The position numbers and the translations under genes were made by a program. A stretch of 64,000 bases of DNA from Bacilli bacterium (GTDB taxonomy: Bacteria; Bacillota_I; Bacilli_A; RF39; UBA660). Each line of letters begins with the position of its first letter. Position 1 is the stretch's first letter. Below, piece by piece: positions 46,783-55,591 of the stretch. Location: positions 41,538-105,537 of the forward strand of contig JAFRZY010000006.1 of the NCBI GenBank assembly GCA_017442305.1, written 5' to 3'. The notes under the pieces were generated by a model. The model worked only from the letters and a program-made list of their open reading frames with translations, did no database searches and was not told the origin of the DNA.

Positions 46783-47895
46783 TTATCTATTGCCTTCCTC
46801 TTGGATTTGTACCAATGTTTTTACATCAATTTTATATTTTGTTAATTTGCTAGCTAATTTTACATTACTTCCTTTTTTACCAATAGCTAAACTTAAATTT
46901 TCGTCATTAACAATAGCTAATGCTTCTTTTTTTACTGCATCAGTGATATTAACTATTACATCTTTAGCAGGACTTAAAGCATTCTTAATAAAGTCTTCTG
47001 GATTCTCGTTATATAAAACTAAATCTACTTTTTCGCCATTTAATTCTTTTAGAATACTACCTATTCTTGAACCACGTTCACCAATACAAGCTCCGATAGG
47101 ATCTACTTTTTCGTTAGTAGAATATACTGCTACTTTACTACGAATTCCAGCTTCTCTAGCTACAGCATATAATTCGATAGTTCCATCTTGTAATTCTGGT
47201 ATTTCTGATTCAAATAATCTTTTAACAAAGCCATAATGCTTTCTTGATAAAAGAATAAGCGGTCCTTTTGTTCCATTTTCAACTTTTGTAATATAAACTT
47301 TGATGTTAGAACCCATTTTTATTTCTTCACCTGGAATACATTCGCTCTTAGCTAGAATTCCTCTAGTTCTTCCTAAATCAATATAGTAGTTTTTAGAATC
47401 TTCCATTGCTACTAGCCCAAGCATAAGTTCAAATTCTTTATCAGCAAATTCTTCAATAATACTATTTTTTTCTGCTTCTCTAACCTTTTGTGTTAATACT
47501 TGTTTAGCTGTACCTGCAGCAACTCTACCAAAATCTTTAGGAGTTACTTCTACTTCAATTGTTTCACCAATTTCAATATTCGGAACTATTTCACGAGCTT
47601 CTTCCAAAGTAATTTGAGCATCCAAATTAATTTCTGGAGCAATTCTTACGATGTTTCCTTCTTCGTCTTCTTCTTCAGTACCAAAATCTAAGTCTTCAAC
47701 AACTATTTGATAAGAAAATACTTTAATATCGCCTGTTTCACGGTTAATATCAACTCTAACATTTGTTTTAGAATCAAAATTCTTTTTGTATGCAGTTTGA
47801 AGCGCTAATTCCATAGCTTCAAAAACAACATCTTTACTTATATTTTTTTCTTCCACAATGTGATCTAATGCTTTTATAAATTCTTTACTATTCAT
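46783..47895 (-). CDS. nusA: transcription termination/antitermination factor NusA
   Basis: N-terminal RNAP-binding domain, S1, KH1 and KH2; 370 aa. Confidence 0.95.
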   Translation of the reverse strand: MNSKEFIKALDHIVEEKNISKDVVFEAMELALQTAYKKNFDSKTNVRVDINRETGDIKVFSYQIVVEDLDFGTEEEDEEGNIVRIAPEINLDAQITLEEAREIVPNIEIGETIEVEVTPKDFGRVAAGTAKQVLTQKVREAEKNSIIEEFADKEFELMLGLVAMEDSKNYYIDLGRTRGILAKSECIPGEEIKMGSNIKVYITKVENGTKGPLILLSRKHYGFVKRLFESEIPELQDGTIELYAVAREAGIRSKVAVYSTNEKVDPIGACIGERGSRIGSILKELNGEKVDLVLYNENPEDFIKNALSPAKDVIVNITDAVKKEALAIVNDENLSLAIGKKGSNVKLASKLTKYKIDVKTLVQIQEEGNR

Positions 47896-48151
47896 TTAAA
47901 TCATTCCTCTCTTTACTAATTACATCAAGAATAAATTCATCATCAATCATGTCCCATTTATCAACAATTGGATTAATAATATTAGTAGCTTCTACAATAG
48001 TATCCAAGTCAATTCCATTTACTTTATCTAAGGTAATAGTCAAAAATTTATAATTACCATTTTTTTCTAAAGTAACATTATCAACTATAATATCCATATC
48101 TTTAAGTGATTTTTGAACACTCATTTTTAATTCCTCTAATTTTTGTTGCAT
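47888..48151 (-). CDS. rimP: ribosome maturation factor RimP (short form)
   Basis: 87 aa RimP-N-like sequence. Overlaps nusA start by 8 nt, in the canonical rimP-nusA position. Confidence 0.55.
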   Translation of the reverse strand: MQQKLEELKMSVQKSLKDMDIIVDNVTLEKNGNYKFLTITLDKVNGIDLDTIVEATNIINPIVDKWDMIDDEFILDVISKERNDLNE

Positions 48152-48171
48152 AACTCACCTCTAACTATAAA

Positions 48172-48240
48172 TAAAAGTGGGAATTTCTGCCCACTTAAAT
48201 CTGTTGCTCATATTATAGCACAATTTGTTAATAATTCAAA
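48172..48240 (-). promoter_or_regulatory. rimP-nusA-infB operon promoter (TTGAAT-16-TGcTATAAT) and leader hairpin with U-tract
   Basis: Minus-strand -35 at plus 48234-48239. Extended -10 TGcTATAAT at plus 48212-48220. Leader hairpin AAGTGGGCAGAAATTCCCACTT (plus 48176-48195) followed by UUUU, then RBS GAGGTGAG. Confidence 0.5.
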
Positions 48241-48312
48241 GAAAATTCATATCTTTGCTAATTTTTAGTTAACTTCCCACTAAGATACGCTTTATTAACA
48301 AACATAAAATAA

Positions 48313-48822
48313 TTATTTTATATAACCGTTTACTACAAATTTACTATCACTAACTACCACAAAAGCATTTTTATCATGTTTATTTATTAATGATTTTAAA
48401 GATTTCACACTACTATTATTAACCTCAATAAAAAGCATTTCTTTTTTTTCTTCGTTAGAATCCTTTTTTAGTGCAATAATTGATATTCCATAACCAGCCT
48501 TTTTTATAGCATTTATTAGCTTTGTATTATTTTTATCTGTGATTACTTGAACCGCACACATACTTTTTATAAATTTATTTGATATCCAGGTACCAATTAA
48601 AGAACCAATAGCGTATCCCGCAGCATAAGAAACAGGAACCCATAGACTATCTGTTTCGGTTTTTAATGCTTCTTCCACGACCATTAACCATACCAAAACT
48701 TCAAAAAAGCCTAAGATAGCTGGTAATATTTTTTGACCTTTAACCAAGACCATAGTTCGAAATGTTGCCAAAGAAACATCTAATAATCGCGCAAAAAAAA
48801 TTCTAATACATAATAAAAGCAT
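48313..48822 (-). CDS. small membrane protein with DUF2179-like (YitT C-terminal) domain
   Basis: Two N-terminal TMs plus a soluble ~80-aa domain resembling the YitT-family C-terminus. Weak. Confidence 0.3.
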   Translation of the reverse strand: MLLLCIRIFFARLLDVSLATFRTMVLVKGQKILPAILGFFEVLVWLMVVEEALKTETDSLWVPVSYAAGYAIGSLIGTWISNKFIKSMCAVQVITDKNNTKLINAIKKAGYGISIIALKKDSNEEKKEMLFIEVNNSSVKSLKSLINKHDKNAFVVVSDSKFVVNGYIK

Positions 48823-48866
48823 AATATCACCTAATTATATTATGCTTTTATAATCGTCATTTATTC

Positions 48867-49151
48867 TTACGCAAAAAATTTTATAAAAGCAATTATTACA
48901 ATAATTATAAATACTCCAAATATAATAATCGCTCCTAATAACTTATTTTCTTTTTTTGTTTCAGATTCATATTTAAAGTTATCTTTATTAACCCCATATT
49001 TTTGCGACATAAGATTTACTGTATTAGGCTTATTTTGAATCTCTTGCCACTTTTTTTGTTCTTCCAATTGTTCTTTACTCATCATAGCACCACATTGCTT
49101 ACAAATAGCCCCTTCACCAGGCAGTGCAGCACCACATCTTTTGCAAAACAT
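48867..49151 (-). CDS. zinc-ribbon protein with C-terminal TM anchor
   Basis: CKRCGA...CKQCGA zinc ribbon; C-terminal TM LLGAIIIFGVFIIIVIIAFIKF. Confidence 0.5.
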   Translation of the reverse strand: MFCKRCGAALPGEGAICKQCGAMMSKEQLEEQKKWQEIQNKPNTVNLMSQKYGVNKDNFKYESETKKENKLLGAIIIFGVFIIIVIIAFIKFFA

Positions 49152-49263
49152 ATTATCACCTAATATAATAATAACAAACTAATTAAGAATAGGAAACTAT
49201 TTTAATACTTATTATTGTCAACTACTTAGCATCAATATTGATGGTAATAGTACCTATTTTATC

Positions 49264-49665
49264 TCATTTTACAGGTGTTTTTATCGTCTTCTCTGGATTA
49301 TTTACCAATTCCAATTTTAATAAATAATCTGTGTAATTGACATCTCCCGCAACAGCTATATCATCTGTTAAAACGTTTCCAGTCATTTTATGCCATCCTG
49401 CACCAGGTTCTAAATAATAATATTTTCCTGCTTCAAATGCGGGTGAACTATTTTCTTCACTTAATGTACATTTAGAATCTGTATATAACTTAAATCCAGC
49501 ATTTACTGTGTTATTAAAAACAAATTCTTCTTCAATTGCTGCACATCTATTAACAAGTCCTTCATAATAAAAGTTGGCATCGACAAAATCATAATCACTT
49601 TCACTTGTCCAGCTTATTGTTGGTATTATTGAACCATTTTGTGATCTATCACTAATACTAATCAT
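49264..49665 (-). CDS. hypothetical protein (133 aa)
   Basis: ORF. No RBS evident upstream, so possibly N-terminally incorrect. Confidence 0.3.
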   Translation of the reverse strand: MISISDRSQNGSIIPTISWTSESDYDFVDANFYYEGLVNRCAAIEEEFVFNNTVNAGFKLYTDSKCTLSEENSSPAFEAGKYYYLEPGAGWHKMTGNVLTDDIAVAGDVNYTDYLLKLELVNNPEKTIKTPVK

Positions 49666-49810
49666 TTCACAATGACCTAGCTCTTCTGAACATCAATGAT
49701 GCAAATGATAAACCTTAGTATAAATAATTTCTGAATAATTATTAAAAAATAAAAAAGAAGTTAGCAAAAAAGGTTAACTTCTATTGATTTTATAGTATCT
49801 ATTTTCATGT

Positions 49811-50959
49811 TTATTTTATTTTTATTAAATCATAGATATTGTATGTATTAATTTGATTATCTAACATTTTAACATTTAAATTTTCTGGTGATTTTAACTC
49901 TCCATTAATAATATATTCTATTTCACCAAAGTTATAATAAATTTTTAATACTTGTTCACTTATCGCTTTAATCCCAACTACGTCTTTATTCGATTTAATA
50001 TCATCATAATATTTTATTTCTGTTTTATTATTTATATCATATTGATAAATAGAGACATTATCTTTCATATAATATAATTTTCCATTATATATATCAGATA
50101 TTGCAAAATATTTTTCTCGAGAAATATTAGAAATAAAATTTGTTTCTTTGGTATTTACATCTAATATATATAATTTATGATAAGGTGTACAATTACAAGA
50201 ATATATTTTATTATAATTAGAATCATATAAATCACTTTCTAAATAATAATAAATTATTTTATTATCAACATATTTTATTGATTCAGCATCACGATATTTA
50301 TCATGTTCTAGTAGTTGATTCTTTGTTTTATTTTTAATGTTATAAACTTTTGGAACAACTTTAGTATTTGGGGTATATTCTGGAACGTAATATATGTTAA
50401 GTTCATCTTCGCTAAACCACCAATCAGACATATCATTATCGTCTAAAACTTTTATCGCTTCACTAATGTCTTTCGCATTCATTTTCAGAGAATATAACCC
50501 CATACCCCCAGCACTATAACTAAAATACATATTATCTTTTACAATAACCGCTTTAGTAATTAAATAATCACCGTCATCATATCCATCTATATTCGGTTTG
50601 GAAATCCATTGTTTTTCTTTCAAAGTATTTTCTGATAAATCAATATAATTTATCTTATCATTTTGTGTATAATAAATTTTATTATCATACACTCCTATAT
50701 AATTACTATCATCTATATCATAAACGACATCATATGTATCTTTTTCTTTTGATACAATGTATTTTTTCTGTTTTTTTTCATCATTTAAAACATAATATTC
50801 CTTGTTTATATTTTCTTGTTCATCTTTTAATTCTTCTTTAAAGTCGGTTGTATAATTATTTGTCAAAATCACTTTATCATAAAATATATATGCTGCTAAT
50901 ATAATAGCTAACAATACAAATACAACTAAAAATATTTTTAACTTTTTTTCTTTGTTCAC
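49811..50959 (-). CDS. membrane-anchored repeat protein (Tyr-rich beta-propeller-like repeats, DUF5050-like)
   Basis: N-terminal TM. Recurring KIYYT/NMYFSY/KIIYYY/KLYIL/GKLYYM blades. Confidence 0.4.
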   Translation of the reverse strand: MNKEKKLKIFLVVFVLLAIILAAYIFYDKVILTNNYTTDFKEELKDEQENINKEYYVLNDEKKQKKYIVSKEKDTYDVVYDIDDSNYIGVYDNKIYYTQNDKINYIDLSENTLKEKQWISKPNIDGYDDGDYLITKAVIVKDNMYFSYSAGGMGLYSLKMNAKDISEAIKVLDDNDMSDWWFSEDELNIYYVPEYTPNTKVVPKVYNIKNKTKNQLLEHDKYRDAESIKYVDNKIIYYYLESDLYDSNYNKIYSCNCTPYHKLYILDVNTKETNFISNISREKYFAISDIYNGKLYYMKDNVSIYQYDINNKTEIKYYDDIKSNKDVVGIKAISEQVLKIYYNFGEIEYIINGELKSPENLNVKMLDNQINTYNIYDLIKIK

Positions 50960-51032
50960 TCTAACTCCTACTTTCTATAGGAAATTATATCATAAAAACT
51001 ATAAAAAAACTATCAGATTTCTGATAGTTTTT

Positions 51033-51590
51033 TTAATATCCTTTTTTCTTATAACGTTCATATAATTCTTTAAAACGATTAAAGTGAACTACTTCTCTTT
51101 GTCTTAACCATAGTAGTGGTCTTAGTACATCTTCATCATTTGTTAAATCAATTAAGTTTTCATATACTGCTCTCGCTTTTTGTTCAGCTGCCATGTCTTC
51201 CATTAAATCTGCTATTGGGTCAGCTGTTACTGCAAAATATGTAGCTGTAAACGGTACACCTGAAGCGTCAGTTGGATATACTCCTTTATTATGATCAGCA
51301 TAATATGAACCTAAACCAGCTTGTTCTAATTCTTTTACAGTTGCATCTTTAGTAAGTTGATGAACCATTGAACAAATCATTTCACAGTGACCTAACTCTT
51401 CAGTTGCAATATCATTAAGTAGAGCTTTACCATATTCATCTGGCATTGTAAACTTTTGAGAGAAGTAACGCATTGCTGCAGCTAGCTCACCATTAGCACC
51501 ACCAAATTGTGTTAATAAATATTTAGCCATTTTTAAATCTTTTTTTCGTATATTAATTGGAAAGTTAGTGTGTTTTACATATTTAAACAT
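51033..51590 (-). CDS. cotJC: spore coat protein CotJC (Mn-catalase family)
   Basis: Collinear with B. subtilis CotJC (QFGGANGELAAAMRY, TEELGHCEMI, PFTATY, PIADLMEDMAAEQKAR). Start chosen at internal Met MFKYV, which has a GGAGG RBS. The track ORF begins 14 codons further upstream. Confidence 0.85.
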   Translation of the reverse strand: MFKYVKHTNFPINIRKKDLKMAKYLLTQFGGANGELAAAMRYFSQKFTMPDEYGKALLNDIATEELGHCEMICSMVHQLTKDATVKELEQAGLGSYYADHNKGVYPTDASGVPFTATYFAVTADPIADLMEDMAAEQKARAVYENLIDLTNDEDVLRPLLWLRQREVVHFNRFKELYERYKKKGY

Positions 51591-52095
51591 ACATTGAACC
51601 TCCTTCGTTATCCCAAGGCCATGGATTTTCAAGCCATTTATATTTGTTTCCTACTTCATCATTAATTGTTAATGGACCATACATCTTGTTAAATTCTTCT
51701 TTTAGTTTTTTCTCTTCCATAATGTACTGTCTTAGAAGTCTAACTCCTTCTTGATCATCAGGATATAAATCCAAATATAAATTTAAATCTGTAATTGCAA
51801 AACATAAAGCCATAATATCGTATAACTTTTTCTCTCTTTCTGTCTTCGGATTTAATGGTAGATAAGTTAAATTTTTATAAGGCTTATATTCATCGCGAAA
51901 CATGTTACCACGCATAAAACCCTCTTTCACTGAAAATAGTTCGTTATTTTCTCTAGGAATGTCATTAAAATTACTGCCGGGAATTTCAAAAAAAGTTAAA
52001 TTAACATCATAATCGTTATTATCAAATAACATATAAAAAATACCTCCTACATTATAGTATGAGGTTTTATAAAGTTGGGTTGTGCTAATACCCAA
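51583..52095 (-). CDS. CotJA-CotJB fusion protein
   Basis: N-terminal half resembles CotJA. C-terminal half carries CotJB motifs LNLYLDLYPDD ... YGPL ... WPW. Stop overlaps the cotJC start (ATGTTTAA). Confidence 0.6.
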   Translation of the reverse strand: MGISTTQLYKTSYYNVGGIFYMLFDNNDYDVNLTFFEIPGSNFNDIPRENNELFSVKEGFMRGNMFRDEYKPYKNLTYLPLNPKTEREKKLYDIMALCFAITDLNLYLDLYPDDQEGVRLLRQYIMEEKKLKEEFNKMYGPLTINDEVGNKYKWLENPWPWDNEGGSMYV

Positions 52096-52159
52096 GTATT
52101 ATTTTTAGAAAATTCCGTCAAATTACTGGCCTATTAAATAGTTTTATTGTATAATTATT

Positions 52160-54385
52160 ATGGTGAATAATATGGCAAAGAAAAAGAAAACAAAAGATTC
52201 AGAAGCTAAAAGCTTTACATATAGTGTTGAGTTAACAGGATTAATTTTAATACTAATCGGTATTATTGGATTTGGTTTTGGTCCAGTTGGTTCTATCATC
52301 AAAAAATTCTCAATGTTCTTAGTTGGTGGTTGGGCATGGATATTTTTACTTTTAATAACTTCATTTTTAGGTTTATATATGTTAGTTAAAAGAAAAATGC
52401 CAAAATTCTTCTCAACAAAAATGTTAGGATTTTATATTATATGTTTAATATTATTAGTAGCAAGTCATTTTGGTTTTGTAGAAAAATGTGCTGACGCAAA
52501 AGAAATATTTCAAGTAACCTTTGATAATTATATGGACAGGATAAGTTCTATAAGTGGTACTACAGCATTATTTACATCCGGAACTACTACTATTGAAATT
52601 GGTGGTGGAATAATTGGTGCCACTTTCTCTGTACTATTTTCTTCTTTATTTGGTATTACAGGAACAAAAATAGTATTATTCATTTTATTATTATTTGGTT
52701 TTATTTTATTCTTTAATGTTACGTTTAGTGACATGTTCTCAAAAATTAAGTCATTCTTTAGTAAATTTAAACTTGTTAGAAAAGAAAAGAATAACAAAGA
52801 ATTTAATACTAAAACTTTAGAATATGATGAAGAAGAAAAGAAAAAAGATGACAAGATTATTATTACTAGTGTAGAAGAGTTAAAAACTAATATGGTTAAA
52901 GAAACTGCTAATTATGAAACTGCAGATAATACAAATGCTTCTTATAGACTCCCTTCACTTGCTCTATTAGAAGATCCAGTACAAAATAAAAAAGTTAATT
53001 CAAATAATTTTACTAGAGCAAACAAAGAAACTTTAGAAAGAGTTTTAAACGATTTCCAAATAAAAGGACAAGTTGTTGAAATTCATATAGGACCCGCAGT
53101 TACACAATATGAGGTTGTTGTCCCTGCTGGAACTAAAGTTAGTAGAATATTAAGTATTAATAAAGAAATTGCTTTGGCACTAGCTGCTAAAGATGTTCGT
53201 ATTCAAGCTCCAATTCCCGGAAAAAGTACTATTGGAGTAGAAATACCTAATCCAAATATTAGTATGGTAAAAATAAAAGAAGTTTTGGGTTCAAGAGATT
53301 TTGAACAAAAAGGATCAAAAGTATTAGTTGCTTTAGGTAAAGATATCATGGGAAAAACTCAAGCAATGGATATTGCTAAGACCCCTCACCTTTTAGTTGC
53401 AGGTTCTACTGGTTCTGGTAAATCCGTTTGTATTAATACAATGTTAGCCTCTATACTAATGCGTTATAGACCAGATGAAGTAAAGCTTATGCTGGTTGAC
53501 CCTAAAAAAGTTGAATTATCAAACTATAACGGAGTCCCTCACTTACTTTGTCCAGTTGTAACAGATCCAAAAAAAGCTTCTATAATGTTACAAAAGATAG
53601 TTCAAGAAATGGAAGATAGATATAATCTATTTAGTGATAAAGGCGTTAAAAACATTGGGACTTATAATGAATGGGTTGAAAAAGAAAATAATAAGCATCC
53701 AGAAACCCAAATAAAGAAAATGCCGTATGTTGTTGTTATTATTGATGAACTTGCTGATTTAATGCTAGTTGCATCAAAAGAAGTTGAAGATTCTATTATG
53801 CGAATTACACAAATGGCTCGTGCAGCTGGTATTCATTTAATAGTAGCTACTCAAAGACCATCAACAGATGTTATTACTGGCGTGGTTAAAGCAAATATTC
53901 CTTCAAGAATTTCATTTGCAGTTGCTTCGCAAATTGATTCACGTACTATTTTAGATATGCCAGGAGCTGAAAAATTATTAGGTAAAGGTGATATGTTATT
54001 CTTACCGATGGGCGAAAATGTTCCTATACGTATTCAAGGATGTTTTATTTCAGATAATGAAATTGCTAAAGTAATAGATTATGTATGTAAAGAACAAATT
54101 GCTAAATATGATGAGAAAATGACTACTAACATTGATAATCAACCTGTTGCTCCAGGAAGTGATCCTGAAAACTATGATGATCCAATGTATAATGAAGTTG
54201 TTGAATTCGCTATTCAAACTGGTAAAATCAGTGCTAGCTTAATTCAAAGAAGATTTAGATTCGGATATAACCGTGCAGCTAGAATTATTGACTTGTTAGA
54301 AGATCGTGGTATAGTTGGACCGCAAAATGGTTCTAAACCTCGTGAAGTACTTGTCAAATTACAAGAATCTGAAAATAATGATTAA
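52160..54385 (+). CDS. ftsK: DNA translocase FtsK/SpoIIIE
   Basis: N-terminal TMs, linker, motor domain with Walker A GSTGSGKSV and DELADLM Walker B, C-terminal gamma winged-helix. Confidence 0.9.
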   Translation: MVNNMAKKKKTKDSEAKSFTYSVELTGLILILIGIIGFGFGPVGSIIKKFSMFLVGGWAWIFLLLITSFLGLYMLVKRKMPKFFSTKMLGFYIICLILLVASHFGFVEKCADAKEIFQVTFDNYMDRISSISGTTALFTSGTTTIEIGGGIIGATFSVLFSSLFGITGTKIVLFILLLFGFILFFNVTFSDMFSKIKSFFSKFKLVRKEKNNKEFNTKTLEYDEEEKKKDDKIIITSVEELKTNMVKETANYETADNTNASYRLPSLALLEDPVQNKKVNSNNFTRANKETLERVLNDFQIKGQVVEIHIGPAVTQYEVVVPAGTKVSRILSINKEIALALAAKDVRIQAPIPGKSTIGVEIPNPNISMVKIKEVLGSRDFEQKGSKVLVALGKDIMGKTQAMDIAKTPHLLVAGSTGSGKSVCINTMLASILMRYRPDEVKLMLVDPKKVELSNYNGVPHLLCPVVTDPKKASIMLQKIVQEMEDRYNLFSDKGVKNIGTYNEWVEKENNKHPETQIKKMPYVVVIIDELADLMLVASKEVEDSIMRITQMARAAGIHLIVATQRPSTDVITGVVKANIPSRISFAVASQIDSRTILDMPGAEKLLGKGDMLFLPMGENVPIRIQGCFISDNEIAKVIDYVCKEQIAKYDEKMTTNIDNQPVAPGSDPENYDDPMYNEVVEFAIQTGKISASLIQRRFRFGYNRAARIIDLLEDRGIVGPQNGSKPREVLVKLQESENND

Positions 54386-54436
54386 TAAATAATTACTATT
54401 AGAAATATTTTATGATAAAATTATATAGTAGGAAGG

Positions 54437-54988
54437 TTGATAGAAATGGCAAAGAAAAAAAGTTTGAAATATATACCAACTAAAAATTATATTATTGCAG
54501 CTTTGTTAATAGCAGTTTCTATATTCTTAGTATTTTATTTGTTTGAATGGTATAAAGTTAAACAAATTGATAAGTATGGTAGAAGTTATTTAATGGAAAG
54601 TAATACTTTAAATTTAGAAATTAAAAGTTTTGAAGAAATACCAATAGTACTTATGGAAGCTCCATCAGATTATTTTGTGTTTATAAATTATCTAAATGAA
54701 AAAGCAAATTACAAATTAGAAAAAAATCTAAAAAAAATTATTGATGATTACAACTTAAAAGATATTTTCTATTACATGAATGTTACTGATATCAGAGAAA
54801 AAGATGATGATTATATAAATAATTTAAATAAACATTTTAATAGTGATGATAAAATTAAAAATGTTCCTGTAATACTTTATTATCGCAGCGGAAAACTTAC
54901 AGAAGTAATTAATTCCAACGAAGATAATATAATATCAGCATCAGAGCTAAAAAAAATATTAGAAATATACGAAATAAAAAAGCCATAA
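54437..54988 (+). CDS. hypothetical membrane-anchored protein (183 aa)
   Basis: Single N-terminal TM. No family recognised. Confidence 0.4.
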   Translation: MIEMAKKKSLKYIPTKNYIIAALLIAVSIFLVFYLFEWYKVKQIDKYGRSYLMESNTLNLEIKSFEEIPIVLMEAPSDYFVFINYLNEKANYKLEKNLKKIIDDYNLKDIFYYMNVTDIREKDDDYINNLNKHFNSDDKIKNVPVILYYRSGKLTEVINSNEDNIISASELKKILEIYEIKKP

Positions 54989-55057
54989 GGCTTTTTTTAT
55001 TGCTATTTTTACTATTTTAAAATATAATCTATTTAGATTTGTAAATGAGGGATAATT

Positions 55058-55576
55058 ATGTTAAATGTTGTTTTATTTGAACCAGAAATACCAGGAAATA
55101 CTGGTAATATTATGCGAACTTGTATTGCATGCAATGCTCGCCTTCACCTTATCAAACCATTAGGATTCTCTTTAGATGAAAAATATATTCGTCGTAGTGG
55201 TGTAAATTATATTGATCATTGTGATTATACTGTTTACGAAAATATTGAGGATTTCTTTAGCAAAAATAAAGGCAAGTTTTTCTTCTCTACTCGTTATGGT
55301 CACAAACCACATACAAGTTTTGATTTTAGCGATAATTCAGAAAACATCTATTTTGTCTTCGGAAAAGAAAGTACAGGAATACCTCGAGATATTTTAAAAC
55401 CACATTTAGATACATGTATGCGTTTACCTATGACAAGAAACGTAAGAAGTCTTAATCTTTCAAATACAGTAGCAATTGTTCTTTATGAAGCTCTAAGACA
55501 GCAAAACTATAATGATTTATTATTTGATGAACCACACAAAAGTAACACATTTATTGAAGATTATGAAACCGAGTAG
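55058..55576 (+). CDS. trmL: tRNA (cytidine/uridine-2'-O)-methyltransferase TrmL (SpoU family)
   Basis: LFEPEIPGNTGNIMRTCIACNARLHLIKP and ESTGIP motifs of SPOUT TrmL. Confidence 0.8.
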   Translation: MLNVVLFEPEIPGNTGNIMRTCIACNARLHLIKPLGFSLDEKYIRRSGVNYIDHCDYTVYENIEDFFSKNKGKFFFSTRYGHKPHTSFDFSDNSENIYFVFGKESTGIPRDILKPHLDTCMRLPMTRNVRSLNLSNTVAIVLYEALRQQNYNDLLFDEPHKSNTFIEDYETE

Positions 55577-55591
55577 AAATCTACTCGGTTT

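Noticed and set aside
49264-49665. Pseudogene or truncated gene call for the 133-aa ORF lacking an obvious RBS
   Set aside because: There are no homologs to align against and no visible in-frame remnants upstream. Absence of a Shine-Dalgarno alone is insufficient.
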